Source: Amoebophrya sp. A120 (lineage: Eukaryota; Protista; Dinoflagellata). Taken from it: a stretch of DNA of 63,743 bases. The stretch spans positions 5,793,754-5,857,496 of the forward strand of contig CAJINV010000005.1 in assembly GCA_905178155.1 (NCBI GenBank), in the 5' to 3' direction. This document shows positions 60,548-63,743 of the stretch, in pieces (position 1 is the first letter of the stretch; each line of letters begins with the position of its first letter). The position numbers and the translations under genes are program-made. The notes beneath the pieces were generated by a model. The model did not search any database. It was not told the DNA's origin and saw nothing but the letters and a program-made list of their open reading frames with translations.

Positions 60548-61615
60548 TTACGCTTGCCAAAGCCAAAAAAAAACAAAAATCCCGATGATGGCTAGGACGA
60601 CAATGACGATGGCGACCACGACGGCGATCCACCAGTATCGAGAGGAAAGATCCCCCCTCCCCATATTGAAAAGGCATGTTGCCGAAAATTTGTGTTGCTG
60701 ATTTGAGGTCGCAGATAGCATTTGTTTTGCAAGAAGGCAAGGGCAGAAGCTTCCGCCCCATTATGGAGGCGATTTGTCACGCTGTTGAACCTAAAGGGGA
60801 GCCGCTTGCCATGCTGAACAACTAGACGCATACGCCCCTACCTAGCCTGGGGACCTGACTGCAATGCTTTCCTGCAATACAAAGCTGATTTGTGTACGCA
60901 AATCCAGCATCAGAAGTTTCGTTTCGATATGGGGAGGGGGGATTTTTCCTTTTGATAACCAGGTGCATTTGTTTTGATCCAAATCACAATCCACGGTCGG
61001 CGTACACCCTCTTTTCATGTCGGCCGAGGACGGGTCATCCGGGTATTTTTCCTCGTCGTGCGGTAAGCATTTGATCTTATTGTCTGGATTTTTCTCGTTG
61101 AAGCCCCTCACCAAATCCTTGCACAGAAACTTGCACTCTGGTCCACCCGGGCACCCGTCGAATCCTTGTGCGATCGGTGTCGGGGGTATCCAGGAAAAAA
61201 CATCCATCCCCTTCCATTTTTTGCATGACAGATAGTGGATTTCATGCATGTTCTGCATGACAAATTGGATGGGGATGGGTGTTTTTTCCTGGATAGGGGG
61301 GTTTTCGCCCTGGTAGCACTGATGTCGGTCGTCGTTCTGTGGCGTTGGGGTGCCGGTACGTCGGCCAATCTTGTTTCTCTGCATGTTGTGGTAATTCATG
61401 TCGATCTCCAGCTTCTGTTGCCGGAATTCGGTTCTCGTCGTCTTCCCAGTTTCCGTTTTCCTGCCCATTCCGAAGAGGACGAGCTTGTGGTCAAATAAAA
61501 GTACATTCCGAAAAGTCGTAGTCAGCAAAAATGCCGCGACAGAACCGCCAAAAAAGGAACAGAAGGGGCCGCGTCGCGGCTTTATGGTAGCGCTGCGAAC
61601 AATGGGGGTGGGCAT
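60548..61615 (-). CDS. Small Cys-rich protein with C-terminal TM helix (~208 aa), two introners
   Basis: Excision of 60636-60957 gives NKCTW-WIAVVVAIVIVVLAIIGIFVFFWLWQA*. Confidence 0.78.
60636..60957. mobile_element. Introner family C
   Basis: TIRs; TSD ACCAG. Confidence 0.93.
61187..61295. mobile_element. Minimal introner family G (109 bp)
   Basis: TIR TATCCAGGAAAAAACAYCCATCCCC; TSD GGGGG. Confidence 0.92.
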
Positions 61616-61900
61616 GATTGGAGGTACTCTAGCGGAGGACCGCTTGTTCTTTGGGCGGGGGTTTATTTTTCATTTCTTTGGGGCTGTTGCTGGTCCATGT
61701 GCGTACTTAAGTAGTTTTGTCGCGAATGACCTATGCCTTTCTTGCTACCTCTTTAGTGTCCTTACTGACGAAACCAAACAAATTGCTTTAACCGAGGAGG
61801 CCGTCGCAGATTATTCTTTCGTGCCGACGATGACGAAGCACGTCAGTAAACAAAAAAGGCGAAGAGCAGTAGTACGAGCCTCCCGAGTTTTCTTTGCGCT

Positions 61901-63220
61901 TTAATACCGAGGAGCTGCGCCAATTTTGCCGCGGCCACTGCAAGAACGAGGAAGATGAAACCGATTAAAGTGAACCTCACCGCGTAGCACACTTCTCATG
62001 ATAAGAACCGAATAGCAACGAAATTGGTCGTTTGGGAATGTCGTGTCGTGCGATTCACAGTTACTGTGCGCGATTGGTTTGAAAATGTGAACGAGCACTA
62101 CTCCCGGCGCACGCCCCGCGACAGGGTCCGCGGCGTCGGCAACATGAGCGAGCGAGGAGATGAAGTTATCTCGCGCGGATTCATGTTGACTGCCCACCGG
62201 GTGGTCTGACCAAAACTCATTTAGCATTTGATGCACATCTCCCAGCCATTTCCTGAAATCTGCAGCGGTCGTTTCACCCTGCACTCGGAGCGGGCCCCAA
62301 AGAGTGCTCCGAGTGAATGCAAGTGTCGGGAACCCGGTGCCCCACACGGAGCGTTCGCCGCTCTGCTCATCTTGCTGCGCACCAAATACGTCCAGGCTCA
62401 ATTGGCCTAACAAGGTTTCGAGGGCGGCGAGCGGTTCGCTGACTTTGCTAATTTCGCTTTTAAGCTCTTGCCTTGCTTTGTCAAGCCACGTCTCGAGATC
62501 GTTCAGGCTTGGCACGGCCTCGTGAGGTCCGGCTTTCTCCTCGACGGCCGGGATCTCCCGGATGATGGCGGAGCTGGCAGCTTCAAAAAAATAAACTGCG
62601 TCAAGCAATTTCTCGGTGGCAACATGAATTTTCCGCACATATTCCTTGTCACGTGCGAGATCAGAAACCCACTTCCGCAGCTTCTGGTCTTCGTCCGCCT
62701 CGCTCGAAGACGCGGTCGACCTGTGCAGCGTCTTCTGCAGAAAATTGGCGCTTTCCCCTTCTCGCCGATTGCTGGGAGCAAGAACTTCTACATTGCCGTC
62801 CACATCCACTTCCGCCGGTGCTGCAGAGGTGCTGTCGGAGGGAGCCGTCTGCCCGCGCCGAGCAAGGAAGGGCCTCTTCCTGTGGTCGGAATGAGTGGAA
62901 GTGGTGGAGGTCGAGCTCTTCTCGGCTTCGTCCTCTAGTTCCTCGCCCGTGTTGCGAGGGCGGCGAGCCAGGAAGGGCTTCTTCGCCTGGTCAGCGCCGG
63001 CGTCGACAGAGGTCGTGGAGGCTTTCGGCGTCGTGCGGCGGACCGCCTGCACCACTCCAGTCGCGTTCAACATCATGGACCCGAAGCCAGCGGCGGAGGC
63101 CGCGGCGCCGGCGGCCGTGGCTTTCTTGTTCCGCACGTGACAAGAACCGTAGTCCCGACCCAGTTTTTGGTAGCGCTGCATCACCACCTGCTTGCGCTTG
63201 CCGGCCCGCTTCGCATAGCC
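61901..63220 (-). CDS. Hypothetical protein, 3' exon
   Basis: 470-aa ORF whose first ~31 codons lie inside a family-D element; helical-looking C-terminal half. Confidence 0.65.
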   Translation of the reverse strand, partial: GYAKRAGKRKQVVMQRYQKLGRDYGSCHVRNKKATAAGAAASAAGFGSMMLNATGVVQAVRRTTPKASTTSVDAGADQAKKPFLARRPRNTGEELEDEAEKSSTSTTSTHSDHRKRPFLARRGQTAPSDSTSAAPAEVDVDGNVEVLAPSNRREGESANFLQKTLHRSTASSSEADEDQKLRKWVSDLARDKEYVRKIHVATEKLLDAVYFFEAASSAIIREIPAVEEKAGPHEAVPSLNDLETWLDKARQELKSEISKVSEPLAALETLLGQLSLDVFGAQQDEQSGERSVWGTGFPTLAFTRSTLWGPLRVQGETTAADFRKWLGDVHQMLNEFWSDHPVGSQHESARDNFISSLAHVADAADPVAGRAPGVVLVHIFKPIAHSNCESHDTTFPNDQFRCYSVLIMRSVLRGEVHFNRFHLPRSCSGRGKIGAAPRY

Positions 63221-63433
63221 TATAACAGTGCACAACTCCCCCTCCCCATCATCTGTATAGCATGAACCAACGGCAACACAAGCATCAGAAAGAATGCCGG
63301 TTTTGCATGACAAATTGGCACTGGAATATAGTGGTATTTGGACTACCAGAACTTGTCATGCAAACAGGGCCACGAGGCAAAGCGAAAGCGTGGAGTGGGT
63401 ATTTTGCATGACAAATGTGGGGGAGGGGGAGTT
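63221..63433. mobile_element. Family-D introner with interrupted right TIR
   Basis: Aligns to 46374-46591 but breaks after GGGGGAGTT. Confidence 0.8.
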
Positions 63434-63491
63434 GGTTTGAAAATGACCGAAGAGCGCGATTGGTTTGAAAATGTGAACGAGCACACCGACT

Positions 63492-63743
63492 GCGGCCGAC
63501 CAAATCGGCTCGAGACCGCGATCTCGGGACGATTTGGTCAGCATTGGCCTCTCCAACCCGTCCGCCCGCGGCCGACCAAATCGGCTCGAGACCGCGATCT
63601 CGGGACGATTTGGTCAGCATTGGCCTCTCCAACCCGTCCGCCCGCGGCCGACCAAATCGGCTCGAGACCGCGATCTCGGGACGATTTGGTCAGCATTGGC
63701 CTCTCCAACCCGTCCGCCCGCGGCCGACCAAATCGGCTCGAGA
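63492..63743 (+). repeat. 76-bp GC-rich tandem repeat, more than 3 copies, running off the window
   Basis: gcggccgacc at 63492, 63568, 63644 and 63720; each unit contains a GACCAAATCG..CGATTTGGTC hairpin. Confidence 0.95.

Noticed and set aside
63492-63743. CRISPR-like hairpin repeats
   Set aside because: The sequence between the hairpins is identical in each unit, so it is a simple tandem repeat

Overview
Eukaryotic genomic DNA, most like the parasitic dinoflagellate Amoebophrya (inferred from gene architecture, not a database match). Essentially all genes lie on the minus strand. The dominant feature is more than 35 non-autonomous DNA-transposon-like elements, mostly 109-354 bp, from at least 9 sequence families. 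They share TAT...ATA termini, terminal inverted repeats (TIRs) and a 5-bp target-site duplication (TSD), and the short copies carry an internal GCAT(G/T/C)ACAAR motif. Almost all sit inside coding sequence. Removing each element plus one TSD by hand restores the reading frame, for example rebuilding a TesB/ACOT8 acyl-CoA thioesterase and a ~2,590-codon ORF. They therefore behave as introners, and most cannot form GT-AG boundaries. Also present: a 2-kb TIR element filled with a 92-bp minisatellite, a 945-bp assembly duplication at an N, a 76-bp hairpin tandem repeat, and small Cys-rich membrane protein paralogs. No transposase, RNA gene or CRISPR array was recognised.
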